Part shown: piece by piece, positions 1 through 8,189 of the stretch
Layout: the number at the start of each line of letters is the position of its first letter
Position numbering within the stretch: position 1 is the stretch's first letter
Virus record (IMG/VR): IMGVR_UViG_3300001460_000018
Location: 56,226-76,225 of that record
DNA from: an uncultured virus (IMG/VR IMGVR_UViG_3300001460_000018)
Lineage: Duplodnaviria > Heunggongvirae > Uroviricota > Caudoviricetes
Strand: one strand, 5' to 3'
DNA: 20,000 nt
Program-made: the position numbers and the translations under genes
Notes under the pieces: generated by a model
The model's input: only the letters and a program-made list of their open reading frames with translations
The model's database searches: none
Told to the model about the DNA's origin: nothing

Positions 1-336
1 TGCATTTGCAGAGTAACTGATAAACTCAGTTTTGTCTAATGTATCATTAAGAGCTCTTAGGTTTAGAGCAATGATAGGCGACTCTCTTAGCATTTCTAAA
101 GCAGATAAATGAAAGTAAGAACCTTTTCTCTCTAGAGATTTGTCTCTTTCACCATAAATGCCAGTAAAGAATTTAGTGTCTTCGCAGAAAACAGGCGTAT
201 TGAATGGACCAACTTTTGAAAATCCTATAATCATTCTTAATGTACTAACAGTACTTGTAATGATTTGACTTTGGTCAAACTCAAACGTGTATACTCCTGA
301 AGACTTTATCGTAGTTAAATAACTCGGTAATGCCAT
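1..336 (-). CDS. Tail sheath protein, N-terminal part (runs off the window)
   Basis: Not in the ORF track. ATG at 336-334, open to base 1: MALPSYLTTIKSSGVYTFEFDQSQII...IGFSKVGPFNTPVF. This matches the SPGVY.xE.D.S / G.F.KGP.N.P N-terminus of contractile tail sheath proteins. Confidence 0.8.
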   Translation of the reverse strand, partial: MALPSYLTTIKSSGVYTFEFDQSQIITSTVSTLRMIIGFSKVGPFNTPVFCEDTKFFTGIYGERDKSLERKGSYFHLSALEMLRESPIIALNLRALNDTLDKTEFISYSANA

Positions 337-354
337 TGTTATATATTTTTTTAA

Positions 355-364
355 TATTTATTTA
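355..364 (-). promoter_or_regulatory. Putative late promoter (TAAATAAATA) for the sheath gene
   Basis: Resembles the T4 late TATAAATA element, about 20 nt upstream of the ATG. The same motif occurs at 13358 (+), 16231 (-), 18297 (-) and 6786 (+). Confidence 0.5.
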
Positions 365-416
365 AGTAAGGTTGTTTGTGGTTTTTATATGAATTTTTAT
401 TTTTTTCATATTTTTT

Positions 417-441
417 TAAACAAAATAAAAAATTGTGTATT
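417..441 (+). promoter_or_regulatory. Putative phage-sigma (ECF-like) promoter TAAACAA-N12-TGTATT
   Basis: Bipartite motif that recurs at 4469-4494 and 14301-14326 with N13 spacing, each time upstream of a gene. Confidence 0.45.
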
Positions 442-463
442 TAATATATTGTAAAATATCTGA

Positions 464-486
464 AAGAATCTGAGACTCTGATTCTT
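464..486. repeat. 23-bp near-perfect dyad AAGAATCTGAG-A-CTCTGATTCTT
   Basis: 11-bp arms with one mismatch, in the divergent intergenic region between the sheath and sigma genes. Confidence 0.55.
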
Positions 487-530
487 CTAGAGCAACACCA
501 AAAAAAATTATAATAAAAAAACTAAAATAA

Positions 531-563
531 TTTGTATTACCGGAAAAGATTTTTATATATTTA
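531..563 (+). promoter_or_regulatory. Bacteroidota sigma-A-type (early) promoter for the sigma factor gene
   Basis: TTTG (531-534), 21-nt spacer, TATATTTA (556-563); close to the TTTG / TAnnTTTG consensus. Confidence 0.5.
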
Positions 564-593
564 AAACTTCAATTACTAAATCCAATAAACACT

Positions 594-1253
594 ATGAGTA
601 GACTAAAACTGACTCCTATTAACACACTAGGAGCAGAGTTCAAACGCACTAAATCTGAAAAAGCATTTAAAGAAATTTATGATAGGCTTAGAGGAGGCGT
701 CATAAATTATTATTCTAATTTTGGCAAAGATCATCAAATTGTTGAAGACTCTTATAATGAAGCAATGATTTCATTTTGGGCAAACATCGATAAATTAGAT
801 ATTGTTAATTATTCTGTAAGTACCAATGTATACCTTAAAACAAAACAAAGTATTATAAGACATAATCTAAAAAAAGAACGAGCGACTGGGAATGGAAGCG
901 ATTTTATGCAAGAAAATTCTGAAATATCTGATAATATTAGTTTTACTAATGTTGATGTAGCTAGTGGCAAACATGGAAAATATATAAATGCAATTAATTC
1001 TAGGGTAACCTTAAGTGATGAAGATGTTTATATAGATAATGAAACTAGAAATATCTTTTGGTCATTGGTTAAAAAAGCAAAGTTCTTTGAAATTGTTTAT
1101 GATCATTATTATAATGGCCTTAAATATAAAGAATTGGCTAATAAGTATAACATTGAAATACAAATAGTTAAAAATAGAATATTTCATGGCAAAAAACAAA
1201 TAAAGCAAATACTAACAAAAGAATATGAAGAAATTTCTAAAATATTTGATTAA
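594..1253 (+). CDS. Phage RNA polymerase sigma factor, ECF/sigma-70 family
   Basis: Region 2 (AFKEIYDR...VEDSYNEAMISFWANIDK) and region 4 HTH (YYNGLKYKELANKYNIEIQIVKNRIFHGKKQIK). Confidence 0.85.
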   Translation: MSRLKLTPINTLGAEFKRTKSEKAFKEIYDRLRGGVINYYSNFGKDHQIVEDSYNEAMISFWANIDKLDIVNYSVSTNVYLKTKQSIIRHNLKKERATGNGSDFMQENSEISDNISFTNVDVASGKHGKYINAINSRVTLSDEDVYIDNETRNIFWSLVKKAKFFEIVYDHYYNGLKYKELANKYNIEIQIVKNRIFHGKKQIKQILTKEYEEISKIFD

Positions 1254-1710
1254 TTATGATTTTTGGAAATCATATAACAGTGAAAAGAATCTTAAAAAAG
1301 GTCTTGCTATATTTTTTGAGTCAGAATCGAAAGGTTTACAAAAACTATTTTTAAAGAATTTTAGTTATCCAGCTAATATGGTTGAAGACCCTGTTAGATT
1401 AAACCCAGAGACTAGTCAAGTTTATTACATTATAAACTTTACAAGTAAAGAGCTATTTTTAAATGAGGCTACATTACAAGCAGCATTTTCTCAAAGTTTA
1501 TCTATATTACAAGTTCAATTACCTATTGGCGTAACTGAGTATATGGTTCCTGAAATTGAAGGTAGGATAGATGAGAGCTATAGTATCTTAATTACATTAA
1601 CTCCGTCATATGAACATTTAGGATATGGAAATATTTTTAAAGCGCTTGTTAAACCATTCTTGATTACTCTTATATTAATCAGTATAATATCAATTATTAC
1701 ATATGTCTAA
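1225..1710 (+). CDS. Hypothetical protein with C-terminal transmembrane helix
   Basis: 161-aa ORF overlapping both neighbours; hydrophobic end PFLITLILISIISIITYV. Confidence 0.75.
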   Translation: MKKFLKYLINYDFWKSYNSEKNLKKGLAIFFESESKGLQKLFLKNFSYPANMVEDPVRLNPETSQVYYIINFTSKELFLNEATLQAAFSQSLSILQVQLPIGVTEYMVPEIEGRIDESYSILITLTPSYEHLGYGNIFKALVKPFLITLILISIISIITYV

Positions 1711-3490
1711 ACCTAAATATCAAAAGCTTACTAATGTTGAGCATGTTTTACATAGACCTGATATGTACATAGGATCACTTATAACTGAGCCTATTACAGC
1801 TTGGGTATGTAAAGAAGGTAATGTATTTGAAAAAGATGTTAAGCATAATCCAGGATTCTTAAAACTCTTTGATGAAATTATTAGCAATTCATCAGATGAA
1901 CATAAGAGAAACCCTAAACTTAATAAAATAGATGTACATATAGATGTTAGAGGAACTATTCAAATTAAAGATAATGGAGGCATACCTGTTGAAAAGCATA
2001 AAGAGTATGGTGGATATATTCCTGAAATGATTTTTAGTGAAATGTATTCAGGATCAAATTTTGATGACACTGAGGAGAGAACTACTGTGGGAACCAACGG
2101 ATTAGGATCAGTTCTTGTTAACATTTATTCTAAAAGCTTCACAATAGATACAGCAGATGGAAAGAAGCAATATACTCAAAAGTTTTCAAATAATATGGCT
2201 AAAAAAGAAAGTCCTATTATTAAACCATCTAAACTTAAAGGAACTTCTATTACATATGTGCCTGATTTAGAAAGATTTAACATGGTTTCTATTGATGATG
2301 ACCATGTTCTTCAATTAAGAAAGAGATGTTTAGATGTGGCTGCAAGTAACCCAGGATTATCCGTAAACATAATAATTAAATCAAGTACTTCTAAAGAAAG
2401 TGATAAGTTTAAGTTTAAAGACTTTACAGAATATATTAAGTTTTACCTTGATGATTTTACAGATCATTTCTTTATCAAGAATAAAAGAGCTGATATTGCT
2501 ATTGTGGCAAGTGATAGAGGTTTCTATCAAAAGTCTTTTGTTAATTCAGTTGATACTTTTGGTGGAGGTACTCACATTAGACAAATAGAGAATCAGATTA
2601 TTGATTTTACCAGGACATACATTAAAAGAAAAACTAAATATGATATTAAACCTAGTGATGTTAGAAATCATTTTGGTATTTTTGCTAACTGTCTTGTAAC
2701 TAATCCTAGATTTAAAGGCCAAACTAAAGAAGTATTAAGTACAGCTGCTAAAGATTTAGGATGTGACCTTACTATACCTGATAAGATTCTTAAACAAATA
2801 GTAAAATCTGACATCACTGCATCTATAATGGATTGGGTTGATAAGAAAAAGGCAGCTGATGAGAAGGCTGAAATGCGTAAGCTGAATAAAAAAATCGGCG
2901 GAGCTCTACCTATTAATTTATTAGATGCAAAAACTAAAAGACGTCATGAAGCTAAACTCTACATAATGGAAGGTAAGTCAGCAATGTCAGCAGTAAGAAA
3001 ATTCAGAAATCCACAAATACATGGATGTTATCCACTTAAGGGTAAATTTATGAATGTGCTTGAAAAATCTAATGTAGATGTTATTCAAAATAATGAAGTA
3101 CAAGATCTTGTAAAATCACTAGGTCTTAAGTTAGGAGAAGATGCGTTTGAAATGGTCCCATTAAGTGGTAAGAAAGTTAAGATACTTCTAAATGATGGTT
3201 ATATAACAGTTGATGAAAACGAGGAGATTTTAGTAAATGGAAAATGGGTACTTGCAAAAAAATTAGTTAATCTTAAACCAAAAGAAGTTAAAATAGATTT
3301 AATAACTAAACAGGTTAAGACGGAAGTGATTAAGACTAAAACCAAAATTATAACAGAAGAACCTGTGATTGATACATCTCAAGTAAAAGGAAAGGAAAAG
3401 GAAATTGAGAAATACTTAAAAGAAAAAGGCTTATCAGATGATAAGGTTAAAGAAGTTATTAAAAAAGGTAAAACAAAGGGATTATTTTAA
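1703..3490 (+). CDS. DNA topoisomerase II ATPase subunit (T4 gp39-like; GHKL, transducer and N-terminal half of TOPRIM)
   Basis: EHVLHRPDMYIGS, FDEIISNSSDE, DNGGIP, GTNGLGS, EGKSA and PLKGKFMNV motifs; ends before the TOPRIM DxD motif. Confidence 0.95.
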   Translation: MSKPKYQKLTNVEHVLHRPDMYIGSLITEPITAWVCKEGNVFEKDVKHNPGFLKLFDEIISNSSDEHKRNPKLNKIDVHIDVRGTIQIKDNGGIPVEKHKEYGGYIPEMIFSEMYSGSNFDDTEERTTVGTNGLGSVLVNIYSKSFTIDTADGKKQYTQKFSNNMAKKESPIIKPSKLKGTSITYVPDLERFNMVSIDDDHVLQLRKRCLDVAASNPGLSVNIIIKSSTSKESDKFKFKDFTEYIKFYLDDFTDHFFIKNKRADIAIVASDRGFYQKSFVNSVDTFGGGTHIRQIENQIIDFTRTYIKRKTKYDIKPSDVRNHFGIFANCLVTNPRFKGQTKEVLSTAAKDLGCDLTIPDKILKQIVKSDITASIMDWVDKKKAADEKAEMRKLNKKIGGALPINLLDAKTKRRHEAKLYIMEGKSAMSAVRKFRNPQIHGCYPLKGKFMNVLEKSNVDVIQNNEVQDLVKSLGLKLGEDAFEMVPLSGKKVKILLNDGYITVDENEEILVNGKWVLAKKLVNLKPKEVKIDLITKQVKTEVIKTKTKIITEEPVIDTSQVKGKEKEIEKYLKEKGLSDDKVKEVIKKGKTKGLF

Positions 3491-3970
3491 ATGGAAATAA
3501 TAAAGTTAGATTTAGATAAAGAAAATGTTAGGAGAAGGCGCCCTATAGTTAATAATATTCTTAGATACGGTACAGTTGTTATATGTACTGATGCTGATAC
3601 GGATGGTTATTCAATATGCGCACAGCTTATTAATTTTTTCTATAAGTATTGGCCTGAAATAATCCAACATAATAAATTAGAAATATGCAACACTCCTATA
3701 CTTCAAGCAAAGGATGGAAAAACCACATTGGATTTCTATTCTATTGATGAATATAAATTATGGGAATCTAAAAATTCTTCAAAATTATCAAGATATAAAG
3801 TTGCATATAAAAAAGGTCTTGCGGCATTAGATGATAAGTCATATAAAAAAATACTTCATGAACCTAATATTACAATTATTGATGAAGATTATATAACAGA
3901 GAAAACCTTAATAGATTGGTTTCATAAAGATAAAGAATTTAGAGATAAGCGAAAAGAAAAAATAAAATAA
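3491..3970 (+). CDS. DNA topoisomerase II small subunit (T4 gp60-like; C-terminal half of TOPRIM)
   Basis: ICTDADTDG (DxDxDG), YKKGLAAL and terminal RDKRKE motifs; starts immediately after the gp39-like stop. Confidence 0.93.
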   Translation: MEIIKLDLDKENVRRRRPIVNNILRYGTVVICTDADTDGYSICAQLINFFYKYWPEIIQHNKLEICNTPILQAKDGKTTLDFYSIDEYKLWESKNSSKLSRYKVAYKKGLAALDDKSYKKILHEPNITIIDEDYITEKTLIDWFHKDKEFRDKRKEKIK

Positions 3971-3972
3971 TT

Positions 3973-4482
3973 ATGGAAAAAGAAATTAAATTACCGATAA
4001 AAGAAGATGACTTAGATGATTTTAGAGATAGGATTAGTGAAACAGTGTTTATTGAAGTAGACATACTTAATAAAATATACTTTGAGTTTTTTGCTGATGA
4101 TGATTTTGTTAATAATTTGATTATGGCTGATTTAAAGTTCATTCAAAATAACTGGGCATTTTTATTAAAGACTCATGAGAATGATCATAAGCTTTATAAT
4201 GTTAATTTACAAGAAATTGATATACCAAAATCTAAATATACTGATGATGATGGTAATATTATAAATAAAGTATATGATCTTAATGATGATGATAGAATAA
4301 ATTATTGCATAAATTTGCTTGCTAATACTAAAGATGCTGTAATAGAATTAATGCGCTCTAATTATTTTAATAATATAAATGATGATGACTCTATATTACC
4401 TGTTAATGATATTATCATTCATATAATAAAAAAGCTCGATGAAATTATGTTAAGAATTAATGCTAACTTAAACAAATTATAA
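3973..4482 (+). CDS. Hypothetical acidic protein
   Basis: 169-aa ORF, 2 nt after the previous stop; D/N/I-rich. Confidence 0.75.
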   Translation: MEKEIKLPIKEDDLDDFRDRISETVFIEVDILNKIYFEFFADDDFVNNLIMADLKFIQNNWAFLLKTHENDHKLYNVNLQEIDIPKSKYTDDDGNIINKVYDLNDDDRINYCINLLANTKDAVIELMRSNYFNNINDDDSILPVNDIIIHIIKKLDEIMLRINANLNKL

Positions 4483-4494
4483 AAAACTTGTATT
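4469..4494 (+). promoter_or_regulatory. Putative phage-sigma promoter TAAACAA-N13-TGTATT
   Basis: Recurring motif, about 20 nt upstream of ATG 4514. Confidence 0.5.
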
Positions 4495-4513
4495 AAAAAA
4501 TAAATAGATTATT

Positions 4514-5047
4514 ATGGAAAAAGTAACAGAAAACCCAACAAGACAAATGGCAAAGACAGTTTTAAAAAGCTTCTACGAAAAGGATGTAGATGAATTAGGA
4601 AAAGATTTTCAAGTATTGTTAGATTCTTATGAAAAAGAAAAGTATGGTATTGAATTATCTACTGCTGAAATTCAGTTTATTGGAATACAGGTTCTTGAAG
4701 GAGCTAAGTGGAAAGGAACTGAAGTATATGGAATTAAAGCACTTAGAGAAATTTCAACTACATTAGTAGCTGATAAAATAGTACTTTGTGAAAGAGAATC
4801 TGTGAGAGCTCTATTTCATTACCTAAATGAGTATGCAAGTAAAGGTACGGAATTTATGAACTTGCAAATGAGTGTTCTTGAAAAGGTATCATTAGTTGTT
4901 AAGGAAATTAATGAGGCTGAAACTAACTTAAGAGATGCTTCTTTTGAAATGGAAGCTAAGAGACAAGGGATTGATCCTGAGCAATTAAGAGAACAATCTG
5001 CTGAAGTTCAATCATCTACACAACTTTCTGATGGACCACAAATATAA
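4514..5047 (+). CDS. Hypothetical protein (helical/coiled-coil)
   Basis: 177-aa ORF with A-rich leader. Confidence 0.8.
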   Translation: MEKVTENPTRQMAKTVLKSFYEKDVDELGKDFQVLLDSYEKEKYGIELSTAEIQFIGIQVLEGAKWKGTEVYGIKALREISTTLVADKIVLCERESVRALFHYLNEYASKGTEFMNLQMSVLEKVSLVVKEINEAETNLRDASFEMEAKRQGIDPEQLREQSAEVQSSTQLSDGPQI

Positions 5048-5061
5048 AAAACCTGCTTTAA

Positions 5062-5388
5062 ATGGAAAAGATTAAACATTACATTCCTATCACCGCAGTA
5101 GTATTTATGATAATAGTATTTATGAATACCTGTGGTACAAAAAGTAAAATAAAATCATTAAAGAAAGATATTGTTAAATTAGAAAATGTTGTTAAGTTAC
5201 AAGATTCTTTAATAAGTAATACAGTTTCTAAAAATGATTTAAGACTTATCATTGAGCTTGAAGGTTTAAAAATTTCAAAAAGAAATTTATATGATCAGAA
5301 TTCTATTATAAGAACAAAGATTAGGCCTGATGATAAGATGAATGAATATGATCAGCAAATGAATGATATTCGTAAAAAGCTGAAATAA
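5062..5388 (+). CDS. Hypothetical membrane-anchored or lipoprotein-like coiled-coil protein
   Basis: N-terminal hydrophobic segment ending in NTC, followed by a Lys-rich coiled coil. Confidence 0.7.
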   Translation: MEKIKHYIPITAVVFMIIVFMNTCGTKSKIKSLKKDIVKLENVVKLQDSLISNTVSKNDLRLIIELEGLKISKRNLYDQNSIIRTKIRPDDKMNEYDQQMNDIRKKLK

Positions 5389-5391
5389 ACT

Positions 5392-5424
5392 AAAACGGGA
5401 TTCGATATTGAGTCCCGTTTTTTT
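5392..5424 (+). terminator. Intrinsic terminator
   Basis: AAAACGGGATTC-gatatt-GAGTCCCGTTTT stem (one G-U pair) ending in a T7 run. Confidence 0.8.
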
Positions 5425-5438
5425 ATTAAGTAAACTCC

Positions 5439-6779
5439 ATGAACAATAAAATAACAGTAACTAATTATTTAGATACTAAATATTTAGAATATGCTAAAGG
5501 TGTTGTAGAAGATAGGGCTATACCATCAGTCATTGATGGATTTAAGCCAGTTCATAGAAAAATTATAACTGCAGCATTACAAAAAGCTAAAACAAAATAC
5601 TATAAAATATTTCAGTTAACTGGAATAGTTGCATCAGATATGAATTATGCTCACGGCGATGCATCACTTAATAGTTCAATAATAAATATGTCACAGGACT
5701 TTAAAAATTCTTTGCCATATTTTGATAGAGATGGTCAATTTGGTTCATTAAGAAGCCCTGAAGCAGGTGCACCTAGATATATAGGAGTTAAAGTAAATGA
5801 TGTATTTAGTAAACTATTTAGAGATCTTAATATAGTTGAATATAAATATGAAGAAGGGCAGAAAATAGAGCCTGTTTTATATTATCCTATAATTCCTACA
5901 GTTTTATTAAATGGACAAAAAGGTATAGCAGTAGGTCACGGTAGCGAAGTTCTTAATAGAAATCCTCTAGATTTAGTAAATTCAATAACAAGTCTTGTAA
6001 AAAATGGAAAGTGGAAAGAACCTTCTCTTTATCTTAAAGGATTTAATGGACCAATAACACTCACAAACGGTTCTTGGGAATATTCAGGTACTTATGATGT
6101 AGTTAATTCAACTACTTTAAAAATAACTGAAATACCTCCAAGTAAGTCATATGAAGATTTTGAAGAACACTTGGTAAAATTGCAAGATAACGGATTAATA
6201 AAATCATATGAAGATAATTCTTCTGAATTTCCTGAGTACACGATAAAAATGGAAAGAAAGATATTATCTGACCTAATCCAAAAAGATTTTATTTTTAAAG
6301 CCTTTAAGTTAACGGAGAGCAAAACAGAAAATCTTACACTGCTTGATGAAAACTTTCAAATAATTAAGTTTAGTACTATACAATCTCTCTGTGATCACTT
6401 TATTAAGTATAGGCTTGGTATATATTCAAAAAGAAAAGAAGTTCTTTTAAAGCAATATAAATACGAGCTAGAGTTTAAGAAGAATCTTATAAGGTTTATA
6501 AAAATGTATATGGATGGAAGTCTTATAATTGCTAAAAGACCTATTGAAGATGTACTTAATGATTTTGAAAAACTTAACTTTAAAAAAATAGATGGATCAT
6601 ATGAATATTTGATAAAGCTACCTCTTAAGAAATTAACAAAGGAAGAATTGATAAAGCTTAAAGATGATTTAATAGAAACTGAATCTAATATTAAGAATCT
6701 TAAGGCAAAAACAGAACAAGATCTATACTTACAGGATTTATATGATCTTAAAAAAGATCTTTCTAAAATAGTTAATTAG
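5439..6779 (+). CDS. DNA topoisomerase II breakage-reunion subunit (T4 gp52 / GyrA-ParC-like)
   Basis: RAIPSVIDGFKPVHRK, YAHGDASL, GAPRYI (catalytic Tyr) and LLNGQKGIAVG motifs. Confidence 0.95.
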   Translation: MNNKITVTNYLDTKYLEYAKGVVEDRAIPSVIDGFKPVHRKIITAALQKAKTKYYKIFQLTGIVASDMNYAHGDASLNSSIINMSQDFKNSLPYFDRDGQFGSLRSPEAGAPRYIGVKVNDVFSKLFRDLNIVEYKYEEGQKIEPVLYYPIIPTVLLNGQKGIAVGHGSEVLNRNPLDLVNSITSLVKNGKWKEPSLYLKGFNGPITLTNGSWEYSGTYDVVNSTTLKITEIPPSKSYEDFEEHLVKLQDNGLIKSYEDNSSEFPEYTIKMERKILSDLIQKDFIFKAFKLTESKTENLTLLDENFQIIKFSTIQSLCDHFIKYRLGIYSKRKEVLLKQYKYELEFKKNLIRFIKMYMDGSLIIAKRPIEDVLNDFEKLNFKKIDGSYEYLIKLPLKKLTKEELIKLKDDLIETESNIKNLKAKTEQDLYLQDLYDLKKDLSKIVN

Positions 6780-6800
6780 ATATAAAAATAAATAAGTAAC

Positions 6801-7430
6801 ATGAAAAGAATTACATGGTTATTAGATGCAGGTCATGGAGGAATGATTAATGATGGTAAAGGAAAATTAGTATATGCTACAGCACCAGCAAAGATGCATA
6901 CATTTGAAGATGGGTTCGTCTTATATGAAGGTGTTTTTAATAGACAAGTCATTGAAATGGTTAAAGACATTATGAATGTTAAAGGAATGAAGTATATTGA
7001 TGTTGTTGATACGGAATATGATAAGCCTTTAAGACAGCGAGTAGAAAAAGCTAATGATTTTTATAGAGGCGATAGAAGATGTGGTTATTTTTCTATGCAC
7101 GGTAATGCAGCCAACACAAAAGCACATGGCATAGAGATATTTACAAGTAAGGGAGAAACTATGTCTGATAAGTATGCTACAGCTGTGATGGAATCAATAA
7201 TGAAGAACTTTCCAGATGAAAAGTTTAGATTAGATACATGGTCTGATGGTGACATTGATAAAGAAGCAAACTATTATGTTCTTAGAAAAACTGCAATGCC
7301 TGCTATGTTGCTTGAAATGTGGTTTTTTGATAATAGAAAAGATGCTGAAAAAATGAATAATCCTGAAATGAGAAGACGAGTTGCAGAAGCAATTGTTGAA
7401 GGATTTGAAGAGATTGAAAAACAATATTAA
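6801..7430 (+). CDS. N-acetylmuramoyl-L-alanine amidase (Amidase_3), probable endolysin
   Basis: LDAGHGG, E..FN, SMHGNA and AMLLEMWFFDN zinc-binding/catalytic motifs; late-type AAATAAATA at 6786-6794. Confidence 0.9.
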   Translation: MKRITWLLDAGHGGMINDGKGKLVYATAPAKMHTFEDGFVLYEGVFNRQVIEMVKDIMNVKGMKYIDVVDTEYDKPLRQRVEKANDFYRGDRRCGYFSMHGNAANTKAHGIEIFTSKGETMSDKYATAVMESIMKNFPDEKFRLDTWSDGDIDKEANYYVLRKTAMPAMLLEMWFFDNRKDAEKMNNPEMRRRVAEAIVEGFEEIEKQY

Positions 7431-7459
7431 GAAACTTTTAATTTAACAATAAAAAGACT

Positions 7460-8131
7460 ATGTGGTATAATTCATTCACTAATGCACAAGATGCATTTGA
7501 AAAATTATTTGATGCAATAAATGAAAATGGCTTAGTGTACATAGGTACTAAAGCCATTTTCGATATCGGCTTCATTATAGAAAACCCTGAAGATAATCAG
7601 ATAAATACTCCTTGGCGAAAATGGAATAAAGAATATGCTGATTATGAATGGGAATGGTACTTAAGTGGTGATAGATCTGTTGAGCAATTAGAGAAGCGTG
7701 CAAAGATTTGGTCAAAAATGTATAACCCAGATGATGCAGAGAAAAAAGTAAACTCTAATTATGGTTATCAATGGGAAAGAAATAATCAGTTACAAAAGGT
7801 AATTGATAAATTAAGAAAAGATCCTTACACAAGACAAGCTGTTATTTCAATATATGACGGTAAAGAAATAGATGATTATGAATTTGATACTCCATGTACA
7901 AATGCAATCACTTTTTACAGTACACCACAAACTCCTGAAAAATTAAACATGAGTGTTCAAATGAGAAGTAATGATTTAGTATTTGGTTTTTGTAATGATC
8001 AGTATTTTTTCTCTAAGCTCCAAAAAATGGTTGCAGATAAATTAGGATTAGATGTTGGTTATTATTATCATCATGCAGTTAATCTACATGTATATAAAAG
8101 ACACTTTAATTTAAAGAAAATAGATAGATAA
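7460..8131 (+). CDS. Thymidylate synthase-family enzyme, most like dCMP hydroxymethylase (T4 gp42-like)
   Basis: EWYLSG, NSNYG, DTPCT (catalytic Cys), MRSNDLVFGFCND (Asp at the specificity position) and NLHVY. Confidence 0.8.
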   Translation: MWYNSFTNAQDAFEKLFDAINENGLVYIGTKAIFDIGFIIENPEDNQINTPWRKWNKEYADYEWEWYLSGDRSVEQLEKRAKIWSKMYNPDDAEKKVNSNYGYQWERNNQLQKVIDKLRKDPYTRQAVISIYDGKEIDDYEFDTPCTNAITFYSTPQTPEKLNMSVQMRSNDLVFGFCNDQYFFSKLQKMVADKLGLDVGYYYHHAVNLHVYKRHFNLKKIDR

Positions 8132-8134
8132 ATC

Positions 8135-8166
8135 TTTGATAATCTCATTATTTCTAGTTATATTTG
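8135..8166 (+). promoter_or_regulatory. Bacteroidota sigma-A-type promoter for DNA ligase
   Basis: TTTG (8135-8138), 20-nt spacer, TATATTTG (8159-8166); full consensus match. Confidence 0.7.
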
Positions 8167-8189
8167 TATTGTACTAAAACAAATAAAAT

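Noticed and set aside
3146..3560. Split intein in the topoisomerase
   Set aside because: No Cys/Ser block A at the start of the extension and no His-Asn followed by Cys/Ser/Thr at the end of the gp60 leader.
3585..3630. T4 gene 60-type ribosomal bypass
   Set aside because: The frame continues uninterrupted through DADTDG-YSICAQ; there is no stop, gap or matched take-off and landing codons.
7460..8131. Calling this gene canonical thyA
   Set aside because: The specificity residue is Asp and the motifs match gp42-type hydroxymethylases better.
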